Origin: Cercozoa sp. M6MM
Lineage: Eukaryota > Protista > Endomyxa: Ascetosporea
Strand: one strand, 5' to 3'
Assembly (NCBI GenBank): GCA_040357565.1
Contig: JBDODJ010000021.1
Length of the DNA stretch: 64,000 bases
The notes below the pieces were generated by a model. The model had not been told where the DNA came from. It searched no databases and was given only the letters and a program-made list of their open reading frames with translations. The translations under genes and the position numbers were made by a program. Positions 39,225 to 52,380 of the stretch are shown here, in pieces. Each line of letters opens with the position of its first letter. Position 1 is the stretch's first letter.

Positions 39225-41092
39225 ATGACACTCAGGATTCGTGTGTCCTCCCCAGATGCGCGCTCTGACATTGCGATTGAAAGTAAGGTCACTACTTCCT
39301 TTATCATGGCGTGAGTACTGACGTTGTATCGTTCTCTCAAAGGGGAGGAGTCGTGGAAGGAAACCCCGAGAGTAGACATTTGTGACTGCGGCGCTCTCGC
39401 TACACAAAAACTATGGAGGAGATATTTGCTTCGATTCGTTCCTCTGTGCATATTGCTAGTTGGCTGGAGTGTGCTCATCGTGTTAGTCAACCGAGGCACT
39501 GCCAAAGCAGCCAGCGATGACATCTTGCAGTCGATTTCGGTGTCCGCTTTGGTGCTCGCCAAACATGGAATGAAGTCTTCCCTCAATACCATCGCAAGTC
39601 TCCGTGATGCTGAGTCGACTCGAGACTGCATCGTCACTGCAAGTTGCTCGACAGTCTCTGCCGCGTTCAGCTCCGTGGCATGGAAGAGCCAAGTGTTCTC
39701 CGCGCTTAAGCTTACGACAGTAGCTGGAGCAGGGGTTCTTGAAGTAGTCCAATCGTCTAGCGGCGTGCAACCAACACAACAAGACAGCCCAAGTGCACTT
39801 GCCGAAAGCTCATCTGCGAGTTCCCTCAGTGCTGGCGGATTCCATGTTTCGTCTGTTTCGGACGGTGTGCAAACGTGGACGTCACCCGTCGCGTACACGA
39901 ACGGCACGATAGTTGGCTACATTAGTGCAACACTTCGCCTGACCGATGTCCTGTCGCCTGCGATGGAGATTCTCCAGTTCCAAGATGAGCGTCAGTTCGT
40001 GGGTTCGTTTTACGCGGGGGCTTTGACGAAACCAGTGGTTTCGAGCTCAAGTGCTTCCTTTCTGAGTACGGAAGAGATTCAAGCTCCTCCGCAAGTCAAT
40101 ATCGCTGATGTGAACATAAACCAGGTCAGTGGCTACCAAACGTCGACCGTGTCTGGCTGCTTCTTGTCTCTTGCCATTCCCAGCCACCAAGAAACACCAT
40201 CCGCACTGTCCTCTGCTGCGTGTTCAAGCCAAAGAAACGATTTCTTTGCCGTATTTGTTTTGGAGGAGACTTCTTCTGTCATGAAGCTGACGACTGCCAT
40301 CAACATTGCAGCCGCACTTAGCATCGTGGCGGTGTTCCTCGTTCTGTCGTTGGCACTCTGTGTAGGCACACGGAAATCCGTGGAGAATCAAATCTATCGA
40401 CACGAAAACAAAGCTTTGAGGCAGTACGAAGAATCCGCTCGCTCGAGTATTGACATCAACGCAATGCGCGACCGCGAAGGTGTCGCTCGAGCGTCGCTGA
40501 TGGCATCAAAGCTTCGTGCTGATGTCTCTCAACGAAAAACAATGACTCTCCGAGAGATGCAGGACCTCGGAAACGATTCATTGCTCAAGGTCACACATGC
40601 AAAGTTTGGAACAATGGCAAGTGTTCTCGCCGACGAAACTTCCTACACATACTTCACGAAGTACCTCGTCAACGAGTTTAGTCAAGAAAGCATGATGTTT
40701 TTCGAGGATGTCCAGAGAATCAAGCGCGACTATTTGATCTCCCTTTTCCGTCTAAGAGAAGTAGTTTGATCTTGGTTTGCGGAGAACATGTACCGGTAGC
40801 CAGGCATTTTCTGTAGGTGTATTTGCTGAACACGGCAAAGTTCGAAGTCAACATTCCGGGAAAGATACGCAACTCTCTGCTTCGGTCGCTTCACAAGGTC
40901 GAAGATGTGTGGAACCAATTCATTGACCCCGAGGAGCGACAAGAAGTGTTCTCGAATATCGCCGTTCAAATCGAAGCAGCTGCCCAAGATATCTTTAGTC
41001 TTCTCGAGCGCGACTCATTCCGCCGCTTCTTGACTTCTGACTTAGCACGTGAGCTTTTGGAGGCTAAACGACGAGAGTCAAATCTCTTGTGA
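39225..41092 (+). CDS. Two-transmembrane protein with a putative extracellular Cache-like domain and a C-terminal RGS domain
   Basis: TM1 (FVPLCILLVGWSVLIVLV), ~270-aa inter-TM region, TM2 (IAAALSIVAVFLVLSLALCVG). RGS box: VLADETSYTYFTKYLVNEFSQESMMFFEDV...YLLNTAKFEVNIPGKIRN...AAQDIFSLLERDSFRRFLTS. Start approximate. Confidence 0.82.
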
Positions 41093-41827
41093 GGCTGGGA
41101 TTGTGGAATTACCTACAATGTGAGTAGGGTAGTGTGGTCCCAAGTACAGTACTAAACTTAAAGTTCACTGTGCCTTTGCAAGTGTGGCAGGAACCCTTGG
41201 ATGTGACCCCACCCGTCCGTCGTACGTACACTGCCCGCATGAACGTAACCGCGGTTAGTAAAACAGTATATTTCGACGTCCCCGTTTTAATGTCACTTGT
41301 TACCGTGCTGGGCTGTACACGTCGGTCTTTCCATCGGCGGGCCCAGGTCGCTGGCCTGCTGCGTTGACGGACGTCACCGACGCAATCTCGACGCCGATCA
41401 CTAACGTGGCACGGACCGGACGGCACAGAAGTAGCCACCGCACGCTGCGCTACTGACTAGTACCGGCACGCACGCGTACGTGCGGTATACGACGGCCGCA
41501 AGTTAACTTTGGTCGCGAATTGGACAATCAAATCTCATGACACGACAGAGCGCAGACGCACACATGCGCAAGCAGCAATGACCGACGGCAAAGTTTACGC
41601 GAGAAAGTGCCAGCGCGGTAGTGCCAGTTAGGGCCGTCGCAACGCAAAGCGCAGGAAGCGGAAGCGGGAGGGAAGAAGGGCCAAAGGAGCAGGCAAGGAA
41701 ACAATCATTTTGTCGTGTGTAAAGAAGCGACCATGAGCAGGGGAGGGAAGGGTTGGAGGGTCGCGCGCACTCGCATAGCCACGCGACGCGCGTGATATGA
41801 TGCAGTGGTAGAAGCATGTCGCTCTGT

Positions 41828-42671
41828 CTAAAGGATCATGCACTTCTTGAGCAAGCCGCCACCGCCACCGCCGCCGCTCGAGGTGCGACCGCCTGTGGCC
41901 TCACGCACCTTGCGCCACTGGCGCACCTGCGCGCAAGGCACATACGCACACATACTCCAGCACTCAACCCAAGCACAGACAGGACAGGCTACGATCTCAT
42001 CAAAGGCCGACTGGATGTTTGTTGACGTGAGCGCCGACGTCTCGATGTAAACACTGTCCATCTCGGTGGCTACACACAGGCACATGTCGTGACACACACA
42101 GAAAGGCACACGGGTAGGAGAGTAAGGGGAGGCAGCTACCAAGCTCCTCGGCCGCCGAGCGCTCGACTTGTCGCTCGTCCTCGAGGTCGCACTTGGTGCC
42201 CACCAGCAGGATCGGCAGCTGGTCCTTGTCCTCATGCGCACGCAGCAGCTTGGTGTGATGGTACTTGACGCGGTCGAACGCATTGAGCTACAGGAATAAA
42301 GTACATATGACATCACTGGAATGACAGTACTCCCAGGTACCGACGTGATGGCGAACAGCAGCATGAAGGCGTCGCCCTGCTGGTACCACGTGCTCTCGAG
42401 CGACGAGTACTCCTCCTGACCGGCCGTGTCGAGAATCTCGAGGTGCACGAACTCGTCGTCGACCTTGACGTCGCGCTGGTACGTGTCCTCGATCGTGGGC
42501 TCGTAGTCCTCCAGGAACTTGTCGATGGCCCAACGAATCACCAGGGCCGACTTACCGACACCACCTGGTCCACAACAACAATCGTGACACGAGAAATGCT
42601 ACGCTTTGTTTGGGGAGGAACGCACCATCACCGAGCAACACCACGGTCAGTTCGTCCAGTTTCTGTGACAT
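41828..42671 (-). CDS. Ras-family small GTPase
   Basis: VVLLGDG|GVGKSAL, DYEPTIEDTY, LEILDTAGQEEY, LVGTKCDL, IETSALT and C-terminal CAAX (CMIL). Confidence 0.93.
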
Positions 42672-43234
42672 CTCTCTAGCCTGTTTCTTTCGTCCGTCCT
42701 TTTGCCTAAAATCGCTTTCGATCGCAGTCGCTCAGCGGAAAGTGTTCAGTGCGCACCACACACACTCGGCACCGCGTCACTCCTGGGCGCGATCTGTTTC
42801 CGACTCTCCTGTGGGACACAAACCAGAAAAATCCACCGCACCTAACACGCACTGTGAGGCGTGCTCACATACACCACACATCCCCCTGCACTCGGGCAAT
42901 GCCCAAATAGCACCTGGCTCGGGACACAAAACAAGGACAACCAAGCACTGGGGCCCACGCTTGGAGAAAATGCACATGCTCAGCACGCAAGGCAGAGGCA
43001 TCGATACCTTAGAACCGTGGGTCCACGCCTGAGAGTTGTGTGGGGCCGGGGCTGCTGCTGAACGAGAGCCGAGCTACTGGTACGATTTGAACATCCTTTC
43101 CCTGGCTGGGTGCTTCTTGCCTGTTTGAGCCGAAGGTTGAACATCCTTCTTTGGTCTGTGAGACGTCAGCAACTTTGTGCCATTGGGTGTTAGATTGCCG
43201 TGTAGGTGTTTGACACCTTCGACACAAGCTCGCG

Positions 43235-46200
43235 ATGGACAACCTGATTCCTGTATCGACGATTTGTCCTCTCTTGGAACTTCCGCGCGGATCACAGTTT
43301 GCTGCTGAGTGCAGATTGTTAACAAGTTACAAGACGTGTTTGCCGCGCTTGGCACGCAACCGATCGATCTGCCGCAGATTGTAGTGGTACCACCAACTAC
43401 ATAGTTTCAGTCTCGCATCGACCCAGAATTTACAACTTTCGCCTTTCGCAAAATTCTAACGATGCTTTGCGTTGAAACACGCGAAATTTTCGTGAAACTG
43501 GATGAAATTTGAGTTGTACGTTAGGTGGGTGCCCAAAGCAGCGGAAAGAGCAGCGTGCTGGAGCAGCTGGTGGGCCGCGATTTCTTGCCGCGTGGCGCTG
43601 GTATCTGCACGCGTCGTCCACTCGTGCTGCAGCTCGTGCACGATGCTTCGTCGACGGGAGAGGACCGTGCGCAGTTCTTGCACCGTCCAGACAGGATCTT
43701 CACCAACTTTGACGATGTGCGACACGAGATCGTCGCTGAAACTGACCGCACGGCCGGTCGTGGCAAGTGCGTGTCGCATGCACCGATCCACCTCCGCGTG
43801 ACGTCGCCCAGTGTGGTGAACCTCACGCTGGTGGATCTGCCGGGCCTCACGCGCAACCCTGTCGGCGACCAGCCGGCCGATATCGAGCAGCAACTCGAGC
43901 AGATGGTGATGGAGTACATCACCAAGCCGCGTGCGCTAATTCTCGCCGTCCAGAGGTGCTTGCCCTATGCCCTATTCCATATACCCTATACCCTATACTA
44001 TACCCTATACCCTATAGTACCCCCTCTACCCTCCCTATGCTTGATATACAGTGCGACGGACGACATTGCGAACTCGGTGGCACTGCAGATGGCACGTCGT
44101 GTGGATCCACGCGGAGACCGCACACTGGGCGTGCTGACCAAGATCGACCTGATGGACGACGGCACCGACTGCCTGGACGTGCTGCTGGGCCGTGTCGTGC
44201 CTCTCAAACTCGGCTTTGTGGGCGTCGTGAACCGTTCGCAGAAGGACATCGACACGCGCAAGGCCGTGACCGAGGCGCAGAAGGACGAGCGCGACTTCTT
44301 CGCGCGTCACCTCGCCTACCGCGACGTGGCACAGCGCTGCGGCAGCGCCTTCTTGCGGCGGTACTCTCCTCCTTAGCTTCCTAGCTTAGCTTCCGCGCGG
44401 ATGACCAAAATACACAAATACGCAGGCAACTGTCGACGCTGCTGTTGCGACACATTCGTGCGCACTTGCCGCAACTCAAACTACAGATTGCTCAGGTGCG
44501 ATTCTGTCATACCCTTCATCCCTTCACCCACTCCATTATGCATGTGTATGTGAAGATGCTGACACGTGTGCGACAAGAACTCGAGTCGTACGGTGCAGCT
44601 CCTGGCCACGTGTTCCACAAGAGCACGCGCGTTCTCGATGCTGGCGATGAAGAAGCTTCTCCCGAGGACATTCGACGTCGCAAGCGTGCCGTTCTCATGC
44701 AAGCACTCACGGCCTTCCGCGAGAAGTTCAGCAACGCTATCGACGGCAAGGACTGTATCTTGTTATACCCCCTTACCCCTCTTAACCCCTTAGCCTCCTT
44801 TACCGTTTCCAAAGTGCGGCACGACGAGTTGAGCGGTGCGATGGATGTCATGAACGAACTACAAGATCTCGAACTGGCGCCTGATCTTGTAGCCAGCTTT
44901 GTGTGTCCAAACAGGCATCCGTTTGGACAGAAAAGTACTGTTTTTGGGTGGACAGGAGGATGACATGAGAGACCTATATGGCGGCGCTCGTTTGTCGCAC
45001 ATTTTCCACCAGATCTTTGTTCTGTAAGTTTTTACCCCCCTTCTTTATTAACCTTGTACTCCTCCTTTCCCCTTCACTCTTTAACCACTTTAACCGTTTT
45101 ACCCCTTTGTCCTTCTTTAGTCGTTTGTCGCGCATCTCGCCGTTTGACGGTTTGTCGGACGCAGCGATTCGCACGGCCAACCGAAACGCGACAGGCACAA
45201 GGTTTGGACACTTGAACGGGATTGTCTCGTAGAGATGTCGGTGTTTGACACAGGCCAGCCTTGTTCGTACCGGAGACGAGTTTCGAACTGCTGGTGAAGC
45301 AGCAGATCAAGCGACTAGAGCAGCCGTCGGTGCAGTGCTGCGAGATGGTGCACGAGGAACTCAAACACATTGCCAAGCAGGTACAACTGCTGCCCCCTTA
45401 ACTACTGCCATCCCTCAGTGCCTGGACACACTTGTTTGCAGGTACTGGCTGCCATTCCCGAGATGCGACGGTTCCCGCAGCTGCGACAGAAATTGTGCGA
45501 TGTCGTGTTTGACTTGGTACGACACTTTACCCCCCCCCCCCCCGTTACCCTTTTGCCCCTACTTACCCTCCCCAGTTCCGCAAGCACCTGAATCCGGCCG
45601 CGGAGTTCGTGCGCAATTTGGTAGCGTCTGGTCAGTCCTGTGTTGTGCTGTCTGTATACACAGACATGTGTTGCCACAGGTTGAGTGCGAACTGGCCTAT
45701 GTGAACACGAATCATCCGGACTTTATCGGCGGCTCACGGGCCGTGCAACGAACGGCCGAACACTTGGCCGTGCAGAAGCAGCAACAGCATCAGCAGGTAG
45801 ACTCTTCATCCCTTCCTTTACACCTTTACCCCTCCCCCATCATCCCTTGTCTTTAGGCACATCTGCAGCCGCAGCGATTCGAGGAGGAACCGATAGCACC
45901 GACTACGCAAGCTACGCCGCCGCAGCAGCCGGTATCTTACCCCCTACCCCTGTACCCCCCCCCCGTTACCCCCTAATGCTAAGCAGCGTCGCGGCGGCGG
46001 GTTTCTGTTCTGGAACAACAGTTCGAAACAACAGACGTCGTCGAGTCAGTCACAGTCGCAGTCGTCGCAGCAGTCCAAGGCACGTCGTCCCTCTGCTGTA
46101 CTACATCAGCCCCTTCACTAACTCAACCTGCACACCCTTAAGTCTGCTGTTGTAGGTGTCCCAGACGCCGCCTGTGACGGCGCGATCGGCTCACGAGACC

Positions 46201-46353
46201 GCTTTCACGGAGAACGAGCAGGTGGCCGTTGAGATCATCAAGCAGCTCATCGCGTCGTACTTTGGCATCGTGCGCAAGAACGTTCTCGACACAGTGCCCA
46301 AGGCGATCATGAACTTTCTGGTGCTGCGTGCCAAGAAGGGCGTCGAGGAGGAG

Positions 46354-46402
<49 letters not shown>

Positions 46403-46412
46403 NNNNNNNNNN

Positions 46413-46476
<64 letters not shown>

Positions 46477-46659
46477 ATGCGCCTTTGGTGCCTTATGGTT
46501 ACATTTGAACTGCAGGTCATCCACGTCTACGAGGACGCTGATCTGGACGAGCTGCTCAAGGAGGACGAGACCATTGCTGACAAGCGGCGCGAGTGCCAGC
46601 AGATGCTGCGCGTGCTGGCCAAGGCGAGCGACATCGTCAACTCGGTCGAGGAGCACTGA
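43235..46659 (+). CDS. DRP1: Dynamin-related GTPase (Drp1/Dnm1/Vps1 class)
   Basis: MDNLIP|[16 protein letters not shown]|[59 protein letters not shown] and a GED domain ([30 protein letters not shown]). Confidence 0.95.
46356..46473 (+). repeat. (CA)n microsatellite in the last dynamin intron, containing a 10-N gap
   Basis: Direct observation. Confidence 0.95.
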
Positions 46660-46707
46660 GTCGATAGTCGAACTACATATTAGCTAACCGACTTAACGTA
46701 AAGCCGA

Positions 46708-49700
46708 CTATTGCGACTGCGAGAACTGTGAGAAGCGCGGGAATGAGCCGAGCGAGTGCTCGTTGGTGAGCACGTCAAAGGCCAGTCCGCTGGTGCTCTG
46801 ACTGCCGAACTGCGAGCCGAGCAGCTCCTGGTGGTTGCTCACGAAGCGACTCGCTGAGGCCGGTGTGTGCGTGTTCTTGCTGGGCGTCGGCCTGGCCGGA
46901 CTGGCCGACAGGGCAACAGAGCCCATCACCGTGGCCACCGTGGGCGACTCCTGCGACGCCAGCGGCACCGTGACGTCGCTCCCGGCGCTGTCGCTGCTGT
47001 TCTCGCTGCTGACAGCGGCGCTGCTGGCACCGACACCGGCCTCGCCGACATTGGCAGGAGGGGACGTGGACGGCGAAGGAGAAGGAGAAGGCGGCTGGTT
47101 CGACACGTGCACATGCACTGGGTCGAGTGGCACTGTGGGACTCGCCAGAACCGTGTCCAGTGATGAAGGTCCACGCGACGACGACGCAACCGTCACTGGC
47201 AGCGACATCACGGGCGGCACTGTCATCGGCACTGTCATCGGCACCGTCATCGGCACTGCCATCGGCACCGTCATCGACACCGCCATCGGTAGCACTGTCG
47301 ATCGTGATACTCGGCGCGGCAGCTGACGCGACGGCACTGGCATCTGTCCGAGTGGAGGTAGGGGTAAAGGGGTAAAGGGGTGGGGTGGGGGGGGGGGGGG
47401 TAAGAGTGTGAAACCTGCACAGGCGACCCGGACTCGGCGGTACGCCGACGTTTCTTGGGCGGTGCACGCACCTGTGTCTCGACGTCATTGTCGTCGTCGT
47501 CGGTCGAGACCTCGTCCGAGTCGGCGTCGGTGTCGATATCGTCGTAAGGATCATCGGCATCATCGATCGACTGCACGAAGCGGTGCCACCGTCGCATGCC
47601 CGCAAAGCCGAGCCACTGCCACTGCGTGCGTCCGCTGTGCGTCCAGTACACCGGCCGGATCAGTCCGATCGTTTTGAACACGTTCGCTATGTCGTTGATG
47701 CGACGCGTCTGATCTGCTTGAGTGGAGGGTCAAAGGGGAATCGGGGTGGGGGTTAAGGGGTGTACGTACCCTTGACCTCGGTTCCGCTGCTGGCAACAAC
47801 CTGCGCGAGCGAGGTCTCATCCAGTGTCACCATCGACGCCTCCGAGCACTCGCGCATCTCGGTCAGAAAGGCTCGAATGAATGCCTGCGCCAGCAGCGTC
47901 TGAACCGACGGACCGCCGGACTGCTTGCTCTGCCGACACCAAAGCATTCAATTTTGTAGCCAGGAACAAACAAGACACTCCAAGTCCATCGCTTGTTTCG
48001 TACCGTTATGCGTTTTCGAGTGTCGTCGCTGCTGATAGATGGCAGAGGCGACGCTACAGGCCGCTCATCGTCTTCATCGCTCTCGCCTGCGTGTAATAAA
48101 ATTGCGCAAAAAAAAAACATACTGTAGTTTTGTGAAAAATACCACTGCGTTTCTTTCGTCGCTTTGATCGCTTAGGCGCCCCGAGCTTGGCACAAGCGAT
48201 TCCTGCCGGCGACACTGTCACCAAAGTCGGAATTTCGACCCGATCATCGTGGTCCACAACACAGTATTCGTCGCGTTTCGCCTGCAACACACACTCGGAT
48301 TAGTCCCACACTCCAGTCAGTTGAGCGAAAGCTTACAATCAAGAGATGCGGCGGCTCGCCATCGTCCATTCGGTCTGTTCCTGCCAACCACACTGCACAC
48401 AAGAGCAAATTGAGCACAATCAATGTAAAATTAGCAGGTGAAAATATGGCAAAACAAAGATAAAGTACAGCCAGCCTCAGTTGAAGCTTTGCGCGATTCG
48501 GCTTTGAGTTCGGTTAGACGCGCGATAATTTTGCCTTTTGTGTCATATTTCGCCAGAAGCTGTTGTCGCAGTGCTTCTTTCCTCGCTTGTCGTGTCTGCT
48601 TCTGACTGCTGCTTTCTTCCACTTTCTCTACAGTTGGTTGCTGCTGTGGTTTTGCTTGTTCCGACGTTGCTTTTTCTGCTGGCTTCGACTGCTTTGGCTG
48701 CTTTCTCGGTCGTTTCTTGGGCGTAGGCCTAAATTACAGAATACATGTGTGGGAAGCATCGATATTGCTGTGCGGAGGAGGGTACAGCTTGATAACGCCG
48801 AACGACGAGTCACGCGGCAAGAGCGAAGGGGCGTCGTCGTGCAGTCGCGCTCGCTGGGTCGGTTGCAGCGCAGCTTTTGCCAGTGCGCTGAGTGCTGAAG
48901 AGGAAGGTGAGGGGTAGGAGCGTTAAAAAAAGGTAAAGAAGGCAGAGGATGTGAGTGGTACCAACTTTGGGCGCAGTAGTTCGCCTCAAGGGCATCGAGA
49001 AAGTCGCCAGACTGACCGGTGTTTCAGTATTTCGTGCTTCCATTTTGGTTGGCTGCGCTACAGGCACAGCAGCCCTGCGAAGCGGCGCATGTTCTCGCGA
49101 CAGGTCGTCCTGCAGTTCGCGAAGCACGTGAGCTTCTTCGAGTCGTCGTTTCTGCTCGCGAAAGAAATTGTCGCTCAACTGACGAAGTTTCTCCGGCTCG
49201 TCTTTCACCTGTTTTCGTCCACAACAAAAAGACATGAAAACGGGCCTAATCAATCGAAAATACAAAGTGTACAGTGATTCCGAGCTCTCGCTTCCACGCC
49301 GAGATTCGCCTCCTGGCCGGCAGAAAGCCTCGAAACCTGCAGTAGCAAGCTTCAAACAAAGCAAAGAAAGCAGCGAAAGCAAGAAACGCACTTGTACAGA
49401 CCGGCCTTGCGCTTGGGCGCGAGATCGAGTGCGTTGATGATGCCGAGCACATCGTAGAGTCGCCGCTTGGGCACCTCGAGTTCCTTGGAGATCTTCTCGG
49501 CCGCGATGATACCGCCCGACACGGGCAGACGCGAAATCAGACGGTATGTAAGGACCTGCAGACTTTTGCTGGAGCGCTTGCCGCCCGTCTTGCGCTGTTT
49601 TGGCCGCAGCCGCGGCGCCTTGCCTCGCCGCAGTTTCGCCAGTAGCTCCTTGTCCACTAAACCACAGCGAAACATAAGAAACGCGAACGAATAGAGACAG

Positions 49701-50103
49701 CAGAGTTGCACTACCTGTGATTTCCTTCGAACTGTGTTTTGTCTTGTCAGTCGCTGTTTTTTCAGTCTGGGGTTTTTCGCTGTGCTGCTGCTGCTGGCAA
49801 GTCGTTGCTTCGGCAGAAACCGCCGCCTCTCCAGCAGTAGGCGCTGGGCTAACCGACTCTCCTGCCTGCGACAAGGCCTGCTGACTCAGGAACAGGAGCT
49901 GCCCAGCAAACACACACAAGTCATCAACAACACCAGTGATACTGTATCGGGTATCAGAGTCGATCAGAAACACTTACACTACGTCGCATTCCAGACGACA
50001 TGCCATCAAGCGTTGGCGTCTGCGATCAGAGCAAAAAAAACAGCTTACAGAAAGCGCGCCAAGAAACAAAAGCCGTTGCAAAAAGTCATACCGTGTCATC
50101 CAT
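46708..50103 (-). CDS. Atypical E2F-like (E2F7/8, DEL-type) transcription factor with two winged-helix DNA-binding domains
   Basis: DBD1: KSLQVL..ISKELEVPKRRLYDVLGIINALDL. DBD2: LLAQAFIRAFL..VTLDE..TRRINDIANVFKTIGLI..WQWLG. Long low-complexity C terminus. Confidence 0.75.
47210..47300 (-). repeat. Coding 12-nt tandem repeat encoding (M-T/A-V-P)n
   Basis: GGCACTGTCATC-type units on the + strand; protein MAVSMTVPMAVPMTVPMTVPMTVPP. Confidence 0.85.
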
Positions 50104-50401
50104 GTTTTTTCAAAAGCCAGAAAACCGCGGGAACTCGTGATACGCCCCGCCGGCGTGCTCTGCGGGGTGAGCTATTATTTTCCTATGGCAGTGAATGCTG
50201 ACTTGCCTTAGCGCGTCACGTACGGCCAGACCGCTTCCTTTTGAAGCGCCCACAAAACGAAACGGAGATCTGTTCCTGAACTGTGAGCTTTGTGCACATT
50301 TCTTGTGCGTGACGCCGTGTTATATAGGTTTTGTGTGGTCCACTGCCGACTTTAGTGCGTTTCAACACCTAGTCGAGGGTGTTGAAACAAAAACCGAAAG
50401 T

Positions 50402-52023
50402 ATGGTCACGGCACGTGCAGTGTTTACCGTGCTTGGCACCGTGTCGGTAGCTTTTGGATTATCTGAGTGGGTGCTTGGCAGAGAGACACGAATAATTTCA
50501 TGTTGTGTAGATGGCCGCAGTGGCATGGCAGTACGTCATGTACCCGGAACAGGAAGAGTCTCCCAAACAGCGCAAAAATGTGGCGGAACTTTTGTCGGAA
50601 TCTGACGCACCTGTCAGTCCTGAGGTAAGGCTTTCGCGCGTTTAGCCCCCCTTCTGCCTCTTTTATTTCGCTCTAACTCTTTTTGACCCTCTCCTACCCC
50701 TACACCTGTACCCCCCCCCCCCCAGTTTCGAGGCCGATCGCGGATTCGTTTGGTGAGCGGTGCTTGCGCCAGATCGCATCCGGCCAAAGCGCACCTGTGT
50801 CCCGAGGATTCTGGTTTTACCGCTTTACCCCTTTACCACTCCCCTTACCCCTTACCCCTTACTCCTTTATAACCCCTACCCTTGAACCGCTTTATCCCCT
50901 TCATGAGTAGGCAGTGTGCCAGGCTTGGCGAGTGGAGGCGAGGACGCTTTGTTCGTGTCGCCTCGTCGCGTGTACTCCATCTTTACCCCCTACCCTACCC
51001 CCCATTTACCCCTTTCCCTTTTACTCGTTTACCATTTCCCTTTACTCTATTCACCCCCCCCCCACCTTACACGCAAACACAGCGGCGTCGCTGATGGTGT
51101 GGGTGGCTACTCGGCCAAGAACGGCCGTCCGTTGGACGTGATGAACTTCTCGCGACAGCTGTGTCGTGGCATGCTCGACTCTGGTACAGCTGTGTCTGGC
51201 TATCTGAATCTACCCTACTGTTACCCCTCCCCCCTTCCGTATAGACAGGCACGACCTGCGAGACGTGCTGAAGGAAGCCTACGCACAGGTCGACTACGAC
51301 CTCGTCGGCGGTAGCACCGCTGTCATGGCCGAGATCGACACTGATGCCGAGTCGAAACTGGTACAGAACGACTGTACTGCTCTTTTTTATCCGCAATTTT
51401 TTGGTTGCAGAAAATCCTCAATCTTGGCGATTCTGGACTGCTGCTGGTGCGTGAGGGCAAAGTGTTCTTTGCCACAAAGGCACAGACTTTTTGTTTCGAC
51501 GGTCCATTGTAGTTTTTTGCTTTTTTGCAGTTTTTGGCGTACAGGTCACGTCCACGTCAGTTTGTTTTTTTAAATGTAGCCAGCTCGGCCCGCGGAGTTT
51601 GAGTCGTCGTGGCTACTCGGAACAGCACGCGTTTGTGACGTCAATTGACGTGCAGGACGGTGATTTGTGCGTTGTGGCCAGCGATGGCATTTTGGACAAT
51701 CTGCGAACGGATGACATTGTGCGTCTGATCGAGGAGAGACTCGAAACAACAACTGCTCAGTCGGCGCACGTACTTGCACAGGCTGCACATGACATTGTAG
51801 TGTACACGCAGGATACTGTTGCTGTCGATCCCCAAGCCGACACGCCTTGTATGATTCTTTTTTTTTGTATTTGGCCCTGTTAAAACATAATAACATCCTC
51901 AATCGTGCAGATGCTCGCGAGGCGACGGCGGCTGGACGACGCTATTTGGGTGGCAAGCTCGACGACTGCGCTCTCATTATCGCACGAGTCACCGCTGCGC
52001 CAGAGACGATTTCGGCGCTGTGA
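50402..52023 (+). CDS. PTC7: PTC7-like PP2C (PPM) protein phosphatase
   Basis: GGEDALF, GVADGVGGY, GGSTA, NLGDSGLLLVREG, VQDGDLCVVASDGILDNL and GGKLDDCALIIARV. Confidence 0.88.
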
Positions 52024-52380
52024 GCACGGCAGGGCGATGGCTTTGCTTGGATTCGGTTCCCTCGCGTCGGCGCGGGAGTCCAAAATTAAGAGTGTTTAGC
52101 TCGCCGCGTAGGTAGGCTAGGCGTTGCCGGCGTGAATATTTGAATGAATTTACAAATCTAAAGTACCGTCAGTTGACGGAAGTAACGTAACGTAAAATCA
52201 ACGCAAGTACTGTATCGAATATAACCCGCCCCGGACTAGTGCGGGCGAGGGGAACTTAGTTGGTTTCATAGAAGACTCAACTGACTAAGAGTCTAACTCG
52301 ACTATCGTATCGCACGCGCAAAAAAAAACCAACCGAGCTCTTCGTTTTGGCGGGCAATATAACTAAATGTTCTGCGCTCG

